A stretch of DNA of 64,000 nucleotides from Methanobacteriota archaeon (GTDB lineage: Archaea > Halobacteriota > Bog-38 > Methanoflorentales > Methanoflorentaceae), in assembly GCA_963719035.1 (NCBI GenBank), contig CAVRAO010000012.1, forward strand, positions 96,001-160,000. The letters are read 5' to 3'. The first letter of the stretch is position 1. Each line of letters begins with the position of its first letter. The notes under the pieces are model-generated. The model made no database searches, had not been told where the DNA came from, and saw only the letters and a program-made list of their open reading frames with translations. Below, one piece after another: positions 61,953 through 64,000 of this stretch. A program made the translations under genes and the position numbers.

Positions 61953-62083
61953 GCCGGGGTGGCCTAGTAAGTTGTTGCAGACGTAGGCAATGATCTAGAT
62001 GGCTAAGGTGTCAGACTCATAGGGTAATCTAACTCGACACCTGAGATATCTGAAGAGCGCGGGTTCAACTCCCGCCCCCGGCA
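61953..62083 (+). tRNA. tRNA-Met(CAT), probably elongator, with two introns (61970-62000 at 17/18; 62022-62047 at 37/38)
   Basis: Spliced cloverleaf GCCGGGG-TG-GCCT-AGTA|GGCTA-AGGT-G-TCAGA-CTCATA|A-TCTGA-AGAGC-GCGGG-TTCAACT-CCCGC-CCCCGGC-A; both introns form bulge-helix-bulge motifs. Confidence 0.92.
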
Positions 62084-62187
62084 TGCTCTATTCTTTGAGA
62101 ATTAACTATATATCTCTGATTTTTTTAGATATGACTATTAAGTTTTATGAAGATTCGAAAGCTGCAGCTTCCAGGAAAATCGAGCAA

Positions 62188-63030
62188 ATGAAAAAAAAAT
62201 TGCTTTGTATAACAATTGTTTTGCTCATCGCCGTTACGATATGTGGGACCGGTTGCACATCAAACACCTCTGGCGCTAGGGTTCAGGTCGCTGGATCTAC
62301 AACAATCCAACCTCACGCTGAGGCGTTAGCGAAAGCATTCCAAACAAACAACTCCGGTATCACGGTGTTCGTACAAGGTGGGGGCTCATCTGCCGGCGTC
62401 ACAGCGGTCGGAACAGGCACCGCAGACATCGGCATGTCATCTGCAAACCTGACAGCAAGTCAACTAGCACGGTACCCGAATCTCAAGCCAGTACCAATTG
62501 CTGTAGATGGGTTAGCCGTTATCATCAACCCACAAAATCCCGTTGATAGTCTGACGCTTAACCAAGTGCGTGATATCTTTAGTGGAAGTATCAGTAATTG
62601 GAACCAGGTTGGCGGGCCAAGTCAGCAGATAAATACAGTCAATCGTGAGATCGGGTCTGGCACTCGCGATGGCATACAGAAAATAGTGCTGAAAAATGGC
62701 AGCTTTAGTAGCAGAGGAATCACCCAGTCGTCAACAGGAGCCGTCAGATCGTTTGTTGCTGCTGATCCCAACGCAATCGGTTACATTTCATTTGCGGAAG
62801 TCGACAATAGCGTTAAGGCCTTAGGGATTGATGGCGTTGTGCCTACATACGCATCTATAGCTAATGGAACCTACCCGATCCAACGCGACCTCCTCTTTGT
62901 AATAAACGGAGACCCGAGCGGCTATGCAAAGGCCTTTCTAGATTTCACACTAAGTCCTGCAGGGCAAGCGATATTGAAGGCCAATAACGAGGTGTCGATA
63001 AACGACGTTTCAGTGAGTGGGTCCGCTTAG
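62188..63030 (+). CDS. pstS: Phosphate ABC transporter substrate-binding lipoprotein
   Basis: TGC lipobox; AGSTT, GGGSS.G, RE.GSGTR and YPI.R motifs. Confidence 0.92.
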   Translation: MKKKLLCITIVLLIAVTICGTGCTSNTSGARVQVAGSTTIQPHAEALAKAFQTNNSGITVFVQGGGSSAGVTAVGTGTADIGMSSANLTASQLARYPNLKPVPIAVDGLAVIINPQNPVDSLTLNQVRDIFSGSISNWNQVGGPSQQINTVNREIGSGTRDGIQKIVLKNGSFSSRGITQSSTGAVRSFVAADPNAIGYISFAEVDNSVKALGIDGVVPTYASIANGTYPIQRDLLFVINGDPSGYAKAFLDFTLSPAGQAILKANNEVSINDVSVSGSA

Positions 63031-63613
63031 CCATCGGCGAAGACGTAAAGAAGACAAGCGACCCCCAATTACCTTTATCTTCACCTAGTTTTCAAAGGGA
63101 GTCTTCAGCATCACGCCAAAGACAGCAGCGCGTTCCCACAGATCAGCAGTCAAAGATGAAAGGAGCGTAGATCTCCAACTAACTTAGAGCAGTAACTCTA
63201 TATGTTAAACTTTTTTTATATAATTTTTAGATTTTCATCTAGATTCGTAAGGTTCAACTGATGGTAAATCGAGTTCCATTGGTCGCTTATGGTTTCTTTG
63301 GACTTTTAGTTTTATGCTGTAGATTCGGCCTAATATGGTGGATTCGGGACGAACATCTTCGCTTTGTGGCTCATACTGTCCATTGTGATCCTACCCGGTA
63401 TTTGATAGTGCAATCTTTCTTCTCGCAGGGTGGCTGCTGATGCCGATCTGGCGATGAAAGGAAACTCCATTTTTTCTAGAGAATAAGGTAAAGAACGTGA
63501 ACCGCTCCGCAGTATGCGTAGAGAAAGAGAGGTCATTCGACCTATTATTAGCGGGATTGTCCACAAAGTCTTTTACCAGGGTAATTGTGCGCGAGCTACA
63601 AAGGAGTGTAATT

Positions 63614-63811
63614 ATGAAGAACAAGGCACGGCTTTATGCGAGAAGGCGGGAAATGTACCATCTTTATGTGCAAAAAAAGAACATGACGGAGATTCTTGAT
63701 AAGCTCTCTGCTAAGTATAGTATATCCAAACAGGCGCTGTGGCAGGACTGGCAAAAGCGCACCTATTGGGTTTACGACGTCTTTGATCTCGAGCCAGCTC
63801 GAGCGCGATAA
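63614..63811 (+). CDS. Small HTH-like protein, copy 2
   Basis: SD AAGGAG; paralog of 32415-32621. Confidence 0.55.
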   Translation: MKNKARLYARRREMYHLYVQKKNMTEILDKLSAKYSISKQALWQDWQKRTYWVYDVFDLEPARAR

Positions 63812-64000
63812 AGAAATGGGTAGCCCCCTCCACTAGCAGATTGGTGCTGAAAAAGCAGAATCCGAAGGGTGCAAAGACGAGGGCTATTGAGATATATGGG
63901 GAGTGTGACTAGAGCTGGGGGCGACGGTTCCGTTGGCGCCGTGAGTAGGGCAGACCTCTGGGATTGGTACCTTCCTCACAAGCATTCTTAACACATTCTG

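Noticed and set aside
61953-64000. tRNA-integrated element
   Set aside because: No integrase or duplicated tRNA 3' end found in this window

Overview
Archaeal chromosomal segment, most likely from a methanogen-related Halobacteriota lineage (inferred from SepCysS with its small partner gene, a BHB-intron tRNA-Met, TATA-type promoters, and PspA/PspAA/PspAB/HtpX). The first ~51 kb is accessory. It holds an organosulfur-ester scavenging set (DszB-like protein, rhodanese, two formylglycine sulfatases, anSME maturase, SulP, alkyl sulfatase, MBL fragment), acid-resistance genes (GAD, CLC, two HdeD-like paralogs), a TIR-NACHT-TPR NLR-like gene, a RibA-dehydrogenase/PTPS/glycosyltransferase operon and many gene remnants. 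The region from ~52 to 63 kb looks like core genome (nitrogenase-like subunit plus protease, thiL, htpX, psp, rpiA, tRNA-Met, pstS). Regions 7.3-16.4 kb and 29.6-31.1 kb are full of indels, probably from sequencing error. The most striking items are a ~510-nt highly structured non-coding RNA candidate (41.7-42.2 kb), a tRNA-Met with two introns including a D-loop 17/18 intron, the TIR-NACHT-TPR gene and the nitrogenase-like/serine-protease pair. All calls come from motif recognition by eye; no database searches were run.
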